In this document: positions 8,130 through 16,383 of the stretch, piece by piece
Position numbering within the stretch: the stretch's first letter is position 1
Layout: each line of letters opens with the position of its first letter
Source of the DNA: a virus
Lineage: Duplodnaviria > Caudoviricetes
Direction: 5' to 3' (one strand)
Virus record (IMG/VR): IMGVR_UViG_3300042940_001617
Location: 1 to 32,633 of that record
DNA: 32,633 nucleotides
Translations under genes and position numbers: made by a program
Notes under the pieces: model-generated
The model's database searches: none
The model's input: only the letters and a program-made list of their open reading frames with translations
Told to the model about the DNA's origin: nothing

Positions 8130-9256
8130 AGTGCTTCAAGTCCTTCATGTACAAAGCTGCCAAGATACATCTTGTCCGACGAGGGCTTCTCGTGCGGAAC
8201 AATCCCGGCAACATGCCGGTAGTAATGCTTTCGGCGACAAGCCTGAAAGCACGCCAAGCGTGACTGACTCAATCGAGTCGGATACTTGATCTCTGCCTGA
8301 TCCCATTTTGCAGCTTCCTCCGATTCGGTTCGGCTGCACAGGCCCACATACTCACAGGATTTCATGAAGTCAAAACACGCTGCCGGATTTCGAGGGCTTG
8401 AATCCAGAGTCCGGCAATTGTGAATCAGGTCAGAGAGAGTCCACAATTCATCAGCATAGTCCAGAATCTCTGACTCAACTTTCGACACAAACTTCTGTGC
8501 GAAGAACTTCGCTGGATCATCCCGGAGATATGCCAGGCATCTCAGCCGGAACAGGTGCGGCGATTCCTTCGGCGATTCTGGTGCTTCCCACTGGAATTCA
8601 CCCATTTCAGGATTGGCCTTCAGTGCCTTTGCGTGAACCTTCTTTGATGTTTCGAACTCAGCCTTTTTGAACAGATACTCAGCAATCGATTCCCGCACTG
8701 ATCCCCTGACCGTCTTTCCAAAGTACACGCCTTCATTCACGATCTCTGCCATCTCTTTCAGAGTCAACGCTCGTGGAGAGATTCCCGGCTGCCGGAGAAC
8801 GTCATAGATGATGCCATCGACTGACGTTCCATGTTGCTGCCAGTAAGCCAGTGCGTATTCATCCAGCTGATGGTTCAGCTGAAGCCGATTCCAGTACGAT
8901 GAAGTACTGGAGATGTCCTGATCAGTTGTCTTTCGTTCGAGGATGAATCGGCCGGTTCTGCCTGCGTAGTACCCCGACACGATTCCATCCATGTACCCCG
9001 CGTGAGTGTATCCGGCCTTCCGTGTCCGGCCTGACTTCGGATTCACCACATCGAGCTCGTACCACTGTTCAGCGACTTCGACCTGAAGCACCATCTCTTC
9101 AGTTGTCTCGAAGTACACTTCCACCATGGCTGCAGCTTTTGCGGCGATAAAAGCAATCTCCGGATTGTCCAGGGCTTTGCTTGCAATCACCTTCAATGCG
9201 TAATCAACAGCTGGGTTCTCTGTCGGCAATGAGGTCTTTTCGCTCTGATCGGTCAT
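8096..9256 (-). CDS. PD-(D/E)XK exonuclease (Cas4/AddB-like), apparently circularly permuted
   Basis: AEQ...GYMDG...ILERKTT, QLDEYA and Cys cluster; AGGAG RBS before ATG 9256. Confidence 0.85.
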   Translation of the reverse strand: MTDQSEKTSLPTENPAVDYALKVIASKALDNPEIAFIAAKAAAMVEVYFETTEEMVLQVEVAEQWYELDVVNPKSGRTRKAGYTHAGYMDGIVSGYYAGRTGRFILERKTTDQDISSTSSYWNRLQLNHQLDEYALAYWQQHGTSVDGIIYDVLRQPGISPRALTLKEMAEIVNEGVYFGKTVRGSVRESIAEYLFKKAEFETSKKVHAKALKANPEMGEFQWEAPESPKESPHLFRLRCLAYLRDDPAKFFAQKFVSKVESEILDYADELWTLSDLIHNCRTLDSSPRNPAACFDFMKSCEYVGLCSRTESEEAAKWDQAEIKYPTRLSQSRLACFQACRRKHYYRHVAGIVPHEKPSSDKMYLGSFVHEGLEALWQFQKQQQNS

Positions 9257-10679
9257 CGTTCGGATCTCCTGTGAAATGATGAAGAACACTTGAAACATCC
9301 AGTGCGACTTTCGCTCTGGTGGCTGCGACGTACAGCAGTCGCTTTTCTTCCTCCTGAAGCACTCCGGGAAAGTCCCCTCCAATCTGGACTGAATCCCACT
9401 CCCTGCCCTTTGCCTTGTGGGCTGTGCTGATCACTCTGTCAGCCGTCTTCTCGTTGGATTCGTTCGACCTGATCACTCTCATGATTCGATCAACTCCATG
9501 TCTTTCGATCATGTTGACCAGCTTCGAGAGGTCGCCGTCAGATTCAGGCGATTGCGAACAGCACACAGCGTCGCCCCACGTGAGGAAGCAGTTCAGATCC
9601 GGATGATTGGCCCATTGTCCGCGCTGCATTCGACGTGCGGCCTCACAGAAGCTCTCAATGGTCGATACCCCGCCAACCAGATGAAAGGATTCATTCCTCT
9701 CATGGGTGTCAACCATGGCGGAAACGCAGGCGGCATTTGACCGGAAGAGCAGTGTCTCTGCCTGCCCTCTCAGATCACCGATTGCAGATTCGCTGCCTCT
9801 CCCGACAAGATTCACTGGGCAGCCGAGTTGCTTCAGCATGAGATTCGCCATGTCCGCGATACCCTGCCCGAATCTCCATGATTCAGACAGCCAGCACTTG
9901 TTTCCCTTGCCGGTTTTCTGCATGGCGTTCACTGCCCCGTTCCAGCTGTAAATCTGCTGGAACGTGTCACCGACATAGATTCGCTGACACTTCTGATTCT
10001 GGACGATTGCCAGCATCACACCATTGGCATCCTGTGCCTCGTCGAACAGGATGAAATCAGACTCAATCTTCGGGTTCTGCAGCTGCCACATCTTCAGATA
10101 GTTATTGTGGCTGAACTTGATCTTTCCGTGAGGCTGATTGAGATCCTTCCACATCTTCCGGGCGAAACCCAGAATTTCATCGGAGATCGCTTTCCGGTAT
10201 TCTTTGGCCCACGGCTGCAGCAGTTCCGGAACAGGGATATGGAACTCTTCAATGTTGTCTGTCCCTCCCTGACAGAATCGATCAACAGAATTCTTCACCG
10301 CGGCAACCTGCTCGCCCTTCGAAAGCACGACCGGAGATCCACCGACCCTGACTCTCAGGGAATGCTTGATGTCCAGAATCTCCGCGACTTCCTTGAACAG
10401 CTGGCGCTCGCCATTCAGCCGATTGCGAAACTTGTATCCAACTGCCTTGTAAGCCAGTGAATGAGCAGTGCTGCAGGAGACATTCGACGGGAATTTTGAT
10501 CGGGCCTCTTCGACGATTGCTTTGTTAAACGCGATGTACGATCCTGATCGATGAGGCATCGCATCACTGATGAGTTTCAGGGTTGTTGTCTTACCACATC
10601 CAGCAAGTGCTTCAATCGTCAGATCGGTCTCTTCACAGGCGAGTTCAACTGCTGCCTGTTGTTCTTCTGTTGGATTCAC
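9204..10679 (-). CDS. UvrD/Rep-family SF1 helicase
   Basis: ALAGCGKT, FDEAQD, VGDTFQQIY, SWRFG, TAHKAKGREW and YVAATRA; AAGGAG before GTG 10679. Confidence 0.93.
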   Translation of the reverse strand: MNPTEEQQAAVELACEETDLTIEALAGCGKTTTLKLISDAMPHRSGSYIAFNKAIVEEARSKFPSNVSCSTAHSLAYKAVGYKFRNRLNGERQLFKEVAEILDIKHSLRVRVGGSPVVLSKGEQVAAVKNSVDRFCQGGTDNIEEFHIPVPELLQPWAKEYRKAISDEILGFARKMWKDLNQPHGKIKFSHNNYLKMWQLQNPKIESDFILFDEAQDANGVMLAIVQNQKCQRIYVGDTFQQIYSWNGAVNAMQKTGKGNKCWLSESWRFGQGIADMANLMLKQLGCPVNLVGRGSESAIGDLRGQAETLLFRSNAACVSAMVDTHERNESFHLVGGVSTIESFCEAARRMQRGQWANHPDLNCFLTWGDAVCCSQSPESDGDLSKLVNMIERHGVDRIMRVIRSNESNEKTADRVISTAHKAKGREWDSVQIGGDFPGVLQEEEKRLLYVAATRAKVALDVSSVLHHFTGDPNDDRSERKDLIADREPSC

Positions 10680-10711
10680 GTGATAACTCCTTGAATTGAT
10701 GAGGGCTTGAA

Positions 10712-10990
10712 TCAGACTGTTGGGCGAGTGCGGCGAGCGTGCCGACTGATGAATTCCTGAACCGCTGCTTTTGGTCCGGAGATCCGGACATCGCACAGGG
10801 CAGGTCTCTTTGACGTTTCCGCGATGAATTCGACAATCTGAAAATTCAGAGCAGTTGTTCTGCGAAATTTTTTCAGAAGCGGGAGACCATTGTTTTTGAA
10901 CATCGCTGACTGGATCATATAACCATCAGCTGAGATTCGTGGTCGGCTTGTTGTCTGCGGCTTTGAAGGACGATCGATTACCTGAGTCAT
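10712..10990 (-). CDS. hypothetical protein, first gene of the leftward operon
   Basis: GGAG RBS before ATG 10990; lies downstream of the promoter at 11044-11072. Confidence 0.6.
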   Translation of the reverse strand: MTQVIDRPSKPQTTSRPRISADGYMIQSAMFKNNGLPLLKKFRRTTALNFQIVEFIAETSKRPALCDVRISGPKAAVQEFISRHARRTRPTV

Positions 10991-11043
10991 TGAACCAGCT
11001 CCAAGAAAGGTGAAGTTTTCTTTCCGCTGCAAGGCGAGTCGGC

Positions 11044-11072
11044 AATGTAAGTACATATCGGGAAGCCTGCAA
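11044..11072 (-). promoter_or_regulatory. sigma70-type early promoter TTGCAG-17-TACATT
   Basis: Third member of the promoter family; AT-rich upstream tract at 11085-11110. Confidence 0.7.
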
Positions 11073-11115
11073 TCCCTGATGATTCAAAAATAAATATATT
11101 TTAGAAATTCGTAAA

Positions 11116-11319
11116 ATGAGACTGTCGAGAAAGAGGAAGAGAAAGAGTGCTCCGAGCCAGTACGCCTTCGATCTGTTGCGGGAATCGATCTCCGGAGAAC
11201 CGTCACCGCAGCAGATTCTGGAACTGGGCAGATTGATTCAGATCGAAAATCGGGCGGCTCTCAGTGAGTCTGTGGAAGCTGTGGCGGCTGAGAATTCTGA
11301 TTTCAATGATTTCGATTGA
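11116..11319 (+). CDS. hypothetical protein
   Basis: 67-aa ORF with basic N-terminus and acidic C-terminus at the divergence point. Confidence 0.5.
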   Translation: MRLSRKRKRKSAPSQYAFDLLRESISGEPSPQQILELGRLIQIENRAALSESVEAVAAENSDFNDFD

Positions 11320-11344
11320 CAGTTTGGCTGGTGGTTGGCAAGAT
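11316..11344 (+). promoter_or_regulatory. promoter TTGACA-17-CAAGAT
   Basis: Consensus -35; TG just upstream of a near-consensus -10. Confidence 0.55.
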
Positions 11345-11349
11345 TCCGC

Positions 11350-11440
11350 CTGATTCAACTCTTCACCAAAGAAATCACGGGGCGAAAGCCTCTGAACGGT
11401 CCCTGTAGGCGAGGTGAAGCGTCTGCAGGGATCTTTTTTT
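11350..11440 (+). ncRNA. putative small RNA / attenuator ending in an intrinsic terminator
   Basis: Three hairpins; 14-bp terminator stem 11398-11433 followed by T7. Confidence 0.55.
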
Positions 11441-11780
11441 GCGCTGACGCGAGAAACCGTGCTCAGCCAGGCTGCCCCGGTGTCAGGTAACGGGGTCTCT
11501 GACAAAGCCTGTACCGACGTCCTGGCCAAGTATTTCGGGTACCTCTGAGGGGAAGTTCCTCGGGGGTCGGTTGTGCTGCTCACGGGCAGAGAGATGGGAA
11601 AACCCCGAGTACGAATCGTCGTGGCCAGACAGGCTGAATCACCTGTCTGATATCGACCGACAACCATACAGGACCCCTCAAAGAGATGAACCGAGTCTGA
11701 CGAAAAGTCAGGCTCATCTCTTTAGGAAACTGGAGGGAGGAGGGAGATGCCATCGGGGCGGACTGCGCTGATTGATCATG

Positions 11781-11809
11781 TTGATGATCGATCATATGTA
11801 TTACATATT
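11781..11809 (+). promoter_or_regulatory. promoter TTGATG-17-CATATT overlapped by two palindromes
   Basis: ATGATCGATCAT (11784-11795) and ATATGTA-T-TACATAT (11794-11808). Confidence 0.5.
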
Positions 11810-11832
11810 GTACATACAGGGAGTTGAGTGAT

Positions 11833-12198
11833 ATGGAAAATGGTTGGCACGAAAAAAATGGCAACAGGATCTTCGTGGCAGGCAGGGATTCTTCCGGCAA
11901 AGTCGCTTACCAAAACAATGAAGGCGGGTTAGTACACACGCTTGATTCGAAGAATCCATTCTTCGATGGCTTCCGAGCGATTCCGGAATGCACAGGATGG
12001 GACTGGAAGCCAGCACCACTACCATCAGTTCAAGTGATCGGCCAGCAGTCCGGCAACGACAGCTGGAAGGGGCTTCGACTCTGGACCGTTCGCACACTGG
12101 CTCGCGGTGATCGCTATGTCTTCGTGGCAGCTGAGAAGGGCGCGAACGACTGGGTTGAACTTGTGTTCGACGGGAAGGGGTGGCAGATCATTGAGTGA
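11833..12198 (+). CDS. hypothetical protein
   Basis: AGGGAG RBS; first gene of the rightward arm. Confidence 0.7.
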   Translation: MENGWHEKNGNRIFVAGRDSSGKVAYQNNEGGLVHTLDSKNPFFDGFRAIPECTGWDWKPAPLPSVQVIGQQSGNDSWKGLRLWTVRTLARGDRYVFVAAEKGANDWVELVFDGKGWQIIE

Positions 12199-12484
12199 GA
12201 CCACCTTCCGGCCTGTTTGTGAAGTTTGCGGACAGCCAGCAGTCGAAGCTGTTCGGGATGTCACTTCTGTCTGTCTTTACGACGGAAAGATTTCAAGTCA
12301 GCCCGGTTCAGAGTGGCGATGGCGATGTGCAGAACATCAATGCGAGTCGCGGACGTTTACTGTGAACGCTCCGCTGATGGATCAATGGAGATTTCTCGGG
12401 AGTGAATTCGATGAAGATACTGAACTGGCTGAAGGCTGTGGCTCGATGGATATCGGGCTGGATCTCCGGGCCTGCTGTGATTGA
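12191..12484 (+). CDS. hypothetical zinc-binding protein
   Basis: CEVC...CAEH; TTG start overlapping the upstream stop. Confidence 0.55.
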   Translation: MSETTFRPVCEVCGQPAVEAVRDVTSVCLYDGKISSQPGSEWRWRCAEHQCESRTFTVNAPLMDQWRFLGSEFDEDTELAEGCGSMDIGLDLRACCD

Positions 12485-12827
12485 GCTGGTTAGTGAAGTC
12501 GATGACATCCGGAAGTTCTTAGTCTGGAACGATCGCGCGTGGTCAGCGATGGGTGTTGAGGGCGTTCCGAGAGTTTATGATGAATGCCCTGATCGCGGGT
12601 ATGTTGTCTCAGTTCACGCCGAAGTAATCTCGCCCGGTCTTTATGGTGTCACGGTCACCTATTCACAGGAAGAACTTCATGGAATCAGTCCGGACGTTTC
12701 AGATGCTGGCGATAGGGAGCAGCGAAATACAGATCAGCACTCGAGTGGACTGCACTCAGGCGAAGATGCTGATGGAAAACCGGGGACGGGTATTCATCCT
12801 GAAGGGACTTTGCCTCACGAGGGATGA
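12411..12827 (+). CDS. hypothetical protein
   Basis: GGGAG RBS before ATG 12411. Confidence 0.55.
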   Translation: MKILNWLKAVARWISGWISGPAVIELVSEVDDIRKFLVWNDRAWSAMGVEGVPRVYDECPDRGYVVSVHAEVISPGLYGVTVTYSQEELHGISPDVSDAGDREQRNTDQHSSGLHSGEDADGKPGTGIHPEGTLPHEG

Positions 12828-12981
12828 AAACGGCGAGTTCTGGGATGTGAAAATCATGCTCGCTCCGGGGAATGGAGTTATCCGGGTTCCTGATTTTGGT
12901 GAGTGGGAGCAGCAGTTGTCGTCAGATGTGACAAGTTCACCGGGATCAAAGCCGGATTCAGAATTGAGTTCTGAATCCTGA
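12679..12981 (+). CDS. hypothetical protein
   Basis: AGGA before ATG 12679; fills the gap to the holin-like gene. Confidence 0.5.
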   Translation: MESVRTFQMLAIGSSEIQISTRVDCTQAKMLMENRGRVFILKGLCLTRDENGEFWDVKIMLAPGNGVIRVPDFGEWEQQLSSDVTSSPGSKPDSELSSES

Positions 12982-13036
12982 CCAGACAGAATGTCGCCTC
13001 CTTCTGGTCAATCACCAACAATTCGAGAGCGATTCC

Positions 13037-13252
13037 ATGCCACTGCCAGCCAAGTTCAAGGAATGGTACAAGTCCCGAACGATCATCGTGAACGGGATCA
13101 CCTTTCTGGTGACTACTCTCATGGCTGCTCAGACAGCGATTCAGGGCACGTCTATTGTGACTGATTATCCGACTGTCGTGCTCGGCATCTCTTCGGCGCT
13201 TTCGATTCTCAATATCGTTCTGCGAACGGTCACCACGTTGCCAGTGAAGTGA
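13037..13252 (+). CDS. holin-like small membrane protein
   Basis: 71 aa, two hydrophobic segments, KEWYKSRT...N and NIVLRTVT pattern. Confidence 0.65.
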   Translation: MPLPAKFKEWYKSRTIIVNGITFLVTTLMAAQTAIQGTSIVTDYPTVVLGISSALSILNIVLRTVTTLPVK

Positions 13253-13286
13253 CTGTCCGTGTCCTCTAACAGGAAGGTGGTGATCC

Positions 13287-13655
13287 TTGCAATCTAATAT
13301 CAGTTATCAGGCCGCAGAGGTCTACAAACGACTCTCTGAACAAGGTTATCGTTCGATTGACCCGACGATGATCATGGCGCTGATTCAGACTCTGCTGGCA
13401 TGTTGGCAGAATCGTCACAGTTCCGATCCGGCACAGGCTCGCATTGAATTTGAGCGTCGGTATGAGAAGCATCCGAAGAGAATGAAGAGACGGATCTCTG
13501 AGCATGTTCTTTTTGAAGCTCACAAAAAAGGCCAGACATTGACTCCAGCTGAGGCATCTGTTCTGGCTGACTCGATGATTGCTCAGATCCTGTCAACGGA
13601 TCAGGAAACGGCAGCAGCGTGCTGCATGGAAGCTGGCGTCGAAGAACTCGATTGA
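13287..13655 (+). CDS. hypothetical protein
   Basis: GGAAGGTGGT upstream of TTG; hydrophobic IDPTMIMALIQTLLAC segment. Confidence 0.65.
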   Translation: MQSNISYQAAEVYKRLSEQGYRSIDPTMIMALIQTLLACWQNRHSSDPAQARIEFERRYEKHPKRMKRRISEHVLFEAHKKGQTLTPAEASVLADSMIAQILSTDQETAAACCMEAGVEELD

Positions 13656-13712
13656 TTCTTCAGAGATCGGCTGCTTCTGTTCTTCACTTTCACAAAACTC
13701 ACTGAGAGACCT

Positions 13713-14633
13713 ATGAGACTTATCTCCATTCTGTTCATCGCTCTGTTCTTCAGTCTTCACTCAGTGAGTTTTGCTGAAGGTGTTTCTGACGATCCGAATT
13801 TGATCCATGATGAATTGAAGCCAGTCCCGGAAGAGAAGGTGATTCTTCCAATCATCCCACCGGGGCCACAGCCCGAACCTCAACCACAGCCAGTGGTTCC
13901 TGATGTCACTCCGCGTCCTCCAGTTGAGCCGGTGATTGTCCCTGATCTCCGAGCCGGTGAATTGTTCGTAGTCGCGACTCCGAAGAAATATCTGGTGTGG
14001 GACCGGCCAAAGGGAATCGTCTCTGTGAAGCGATTCACTGGGCCACGTGAGTTCTACGCGAAGTTTGCTGATGGAGTGAATCGCGACATCGAAGAGGAAC
14101 GCCACTACAGTCAGCCGTTCATCTACGTGATTCGCGCAGAGAAGCGTGGAACTGTTGAGCTGATCATGTCGCCGATTGATGCTGATGATGAGGCTCAGGC
14201 GATTCAACACACTCTGGTTGTTATGGGACGTGGCCCACAGCCACCACCCGGGCCTGAACCTGATCCTGATCCTGATCCAGATCCACCAAGACCACCGGGT
14301 CCGGTGACCAGCTTCCGAGTGATCTTCGTCAAAGAGAGTGGGGCCAATCTGCCACCAAACCAGACAGCGATTCCCGGGGCGAAAATCCTGCGTGACTATC
14401 TGACTTCAAAAACCACTCCGGAAGGCGGTCTGGCAGGTTGGCGGGAATATGACCCGCAGCAGATCACGGCGAATGAACAGCCTGTCATGCGTTCGCTGTG
14501 GGAGTCAGTAAAGCCGAAACTCCTGCCAGCGCCCTGCTTGGTCATCGAAGTCAACGGGAAGGCGACTGTGATGCCTTTCCCTGCAGATGTTGATTCTGCT
14601 CTGGCGAAACTCAAAGAGTACGGGGGTGCATGA
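13713..14633 (+). CDS. secreted proline-rich linker protein
   Basis: N-terminal signal peptide; PPGPQPEPQPQP and PPPGPEPDPDPDPDPP linkers. Confidence 0.8.
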   Translation: MRLISILFIALFFSLHSVSFAEGVSDDPNLIHDELKPVPEEKVILPIIPPGPQPEPQPQPVVPDVTPRPPVEPVIVPDLRAGELFVVATPKKYLVWDRPKGIVSVKRFTGPREFYAKFADGVNRDIEEERHYSQPFIYVIRAEKRGTVELIMSPIDADDEAQAIQHTLVVMGRGPQPPPGPEPDPDPDPDPPRPPGPVTSFRVIFVKESGANLPPNQTAIPGAKILRDYLTSKTTPEGGLAGWREYDPQQITANEQPVMRSLWESVKPKLLPAPCLVIEVNGKATVMPFPADVDSALAKLKEYGGA

Positions 14634-15472
14634 TGGCAGACTTCTACAAGAAAAATATTCCAATCATCGACACCGAAAGCACAATGGCTGTGCATGTCGA
14701 CATGCTGCACCCAAAGAATGTGACTTTCGGTCTGGTGCCCCGGGATTACTCTGAGTATCCCGAAGAGATGTTTCAGGCACCGTCTGAGATGATCGTCTAC
14801 CCGAGGTCCGAGTGGGATGCCCGATACGACGAACAGGAAGAATTGCAATCGTCTTTGGAGCACATCTACTTGAGTGGTCCGAACGGCGAACCGGCATTCG
14901 AGAATCTCAGTCAGAATGGTCACGGCTACTGCTGGTTCTACAGTACCGGCCACGCGGCGATGATCGACCGACTGAAACGCAATCTGCCGATGCTGCGATT
15001 CAATCCACATGCCGGCGCTGCGATCATCAAGCGTGGTCGAGACGAAGGCGGCTGGTGTGGTCTTTCAGCGAAGTTCGCTCGTGAACATGGTCTGGCTGTC
15101 GAAGGCAATGGTCCGGGACAGTGGCCACTGCACAGCCGTGATCTTCGGTATGACACTCCGCAGCTTCGTGCAGAGATGGCGAAGTACAAGCTGGATGAAG
15201 AATGGACTGACCTGACTCGGAACGTCTATGATCAGAATCTGACCGCTGATCAGTTGGCGACTTCCGAATTCAATAACGTCCCGGGACCAGGAGACTTCAA
15301 CTGGTGGGGTCACTCGGTCTGCCGGATGAGGCTTGTCCGAGTCGAGCGCGGCAACTGGGGTCGATTGATTTTGAACAGCTGGCCTGGCTGGGGCCGTCAT
15401 GGTCTCGCGGTTCTCGTCGGGAACAAAGCCGTTCCGAATGGTGCTCTGGCGATTCGTTCAACAACTGCGTGA
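14630..15472 (+). CDS. papain-like (C1 family) cysteine peptidase
   Basis: QNGHGYCW (oxyanion Gln + catalytic Cys), WGHSVC (His), ILNSW..WG..G (Asn). Confidence 0.85.
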   Translation: MMADFYKKNIPIIDTESTMAVHVDMLHPKNVTFGLVPRDYSEYPEEMFQAPSEMIVYPRSEWDARYDEQEELQSSLEHIYLSGPNGEPAFENLSQNGHGYCWFYSTGHAAMIDRLKRNLPMLRFNPHAGAAIIKRGRDEGGWCGLSAKFAREHGLAVEGNGPGQWPLHSRDLRYDTPQLRAEMAKYKLDEEWTDLTRNVYDQNLTADQLATSEFNNVPGPGDFNWWGHSVCRMRLVRVERGNWGRLILNSWPGWGRHGLAVLVGNKAVPNGALAIRSTTA

Positions 15473-15485
15473 GGCTTTGAGTACC

Positions 15486-16061
15486 ATGAGCGATCAATCA
15501 ATCAGAGTACAGCGAGTTGCTGGAATCCATCAGGTGCCGACTGCCTCAAATGCGATTGAGGCGAGTCGGCCTGTGTGGTCTCCGGACAGCCCTATGTGGT
15601 CTCCGAATTGCTACTTCTCAATCATCCGGCTTCTCATGCTGGCAGGCTTCTGCCTGTGCTTCTGTGTGGACGCTCGCGGTCAGTTCACGGTTGAAGTCAT
15701 TCAGCCGGAAATCATCAAGGCGAATGAGAAACCCTACTTTGTGATGTTCAGTGCCACATACTGTGAGCCGTGTCAGCGGTGGAAAGCCACAGAACTGCAG
15801 AAGCTGAACAAGGCTGGATATCAAGTCACCGTGATCAACATCGATCAGGATGACCAATGGAATAAAAAGTACGGGGTAACAACTGTGCCCCGGTTCTTCC
15901 TTCTCGACAGAAAGACTCGCCGGACTCTGAAGGGTCCATGGATTGGATTCACTCCGGCACTCACTATGATCATGGGAGCAAATGGCAAAGGACTTCTGGC
16001 ACCAGCTGACCACAGCGGGAAGGTGACAAGCTCACAACAACTTGACAGACAGGATGAATGA
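15486..16061 (+). CDS. thioredoxin-family protein with export/membrane segment
   Basis: FSATYCEPC, INID, YGVTTVPRF; hydrophobic segment before the domain. Confidence 0.85.
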   Translation: MSDQSIRVQRVAGIHQVPTASNAIEASRPVWSPDSPMWSPNCYFSIIRLLMLAGFCLCFCVDARGQFTVEVIQPEIIKANEKPYFVMFSATYCEPCQRWKATELQKLNKAGYQVTVINIDQDDQWNKKYGVTTVPRFFLLDRKTRRTLKGPWIGFTPALTMIMGANGKGLLAPADHSGKVTSSQQLDRQDE

Positions 16062-16294
16062 TGTCCAACGAAATGATTGCTGCTGTCCTGACAGCTGTCA
16101 CCGCGGCCGGTGGAGTTCTCTCCGGAGCAGTCGCGAAAATGTGGTTGTTCTTTCATAACGAACTTCTCGAATGCAAAAAAGATCGACGCGAGCTGGGCGA
16201 AAAGATTGAAGTCATGCACTCTTCGCTGGGTGTGATTGAACGTCAGATCGGTCGGCTTGAAGGTAAGACGGGTCATGGCAAAAATGATGAATAG
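16058..16294 (+). CDS. single-TM coiled-coil membrane protein (lysis accessory-like)
   Basis: N-terminal hydrophobic helix followed by a charged heptad-like tail. Confidence 0.65.
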   Translation: MMSNEMIAAVLTAVTAAGGVLSGAVAKMWLFFHNELLECKKDRRELGEKIEVMHSSLGVIERQIGRLEGKTGHGKNDE

Positions 16295-16379
16295 ATTCAT
16301 CCGGCTTCTGGCTTCGCTCTGGGATATCACTGGCGGGTTAGTGTATCTCGCTTGGAAATCGTCACTGAAAGATTGGTGA
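16284..16379 (+). CDS. possible 31-aa amphipathic peptide
   Basis: MMNRFIRLLASLWDITGGLVYLAWKSSLKDW exactly fills the gap between two genes. Confidence 0.3.
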   Translation: MMNRFIRLLASLWDITGGLVYLAWKSSLKDW

Positions 16380-16383
16380 TATT

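Noticed and set aside
8096-9256. CRISPR-associated Cas4
   Set aside because: No cas1/cas2 or array; context (Sak4-like ATPase, SSB) indicates a recombination exonuclease.
11203-11900. ORFs 11203-11667(-), 11571-11771(+) and 11580-11900(-)
   Set aside because: No RBS or recognisable motifs, and they overlap promoter, terminator and structured elements; treated as non-coding.
14225-14300. CCTGAT tandem repeat as a contingency locus
   Set aside because: In-frame hexamer encoding the Pro-Asp linker; length change would not shift the frame.
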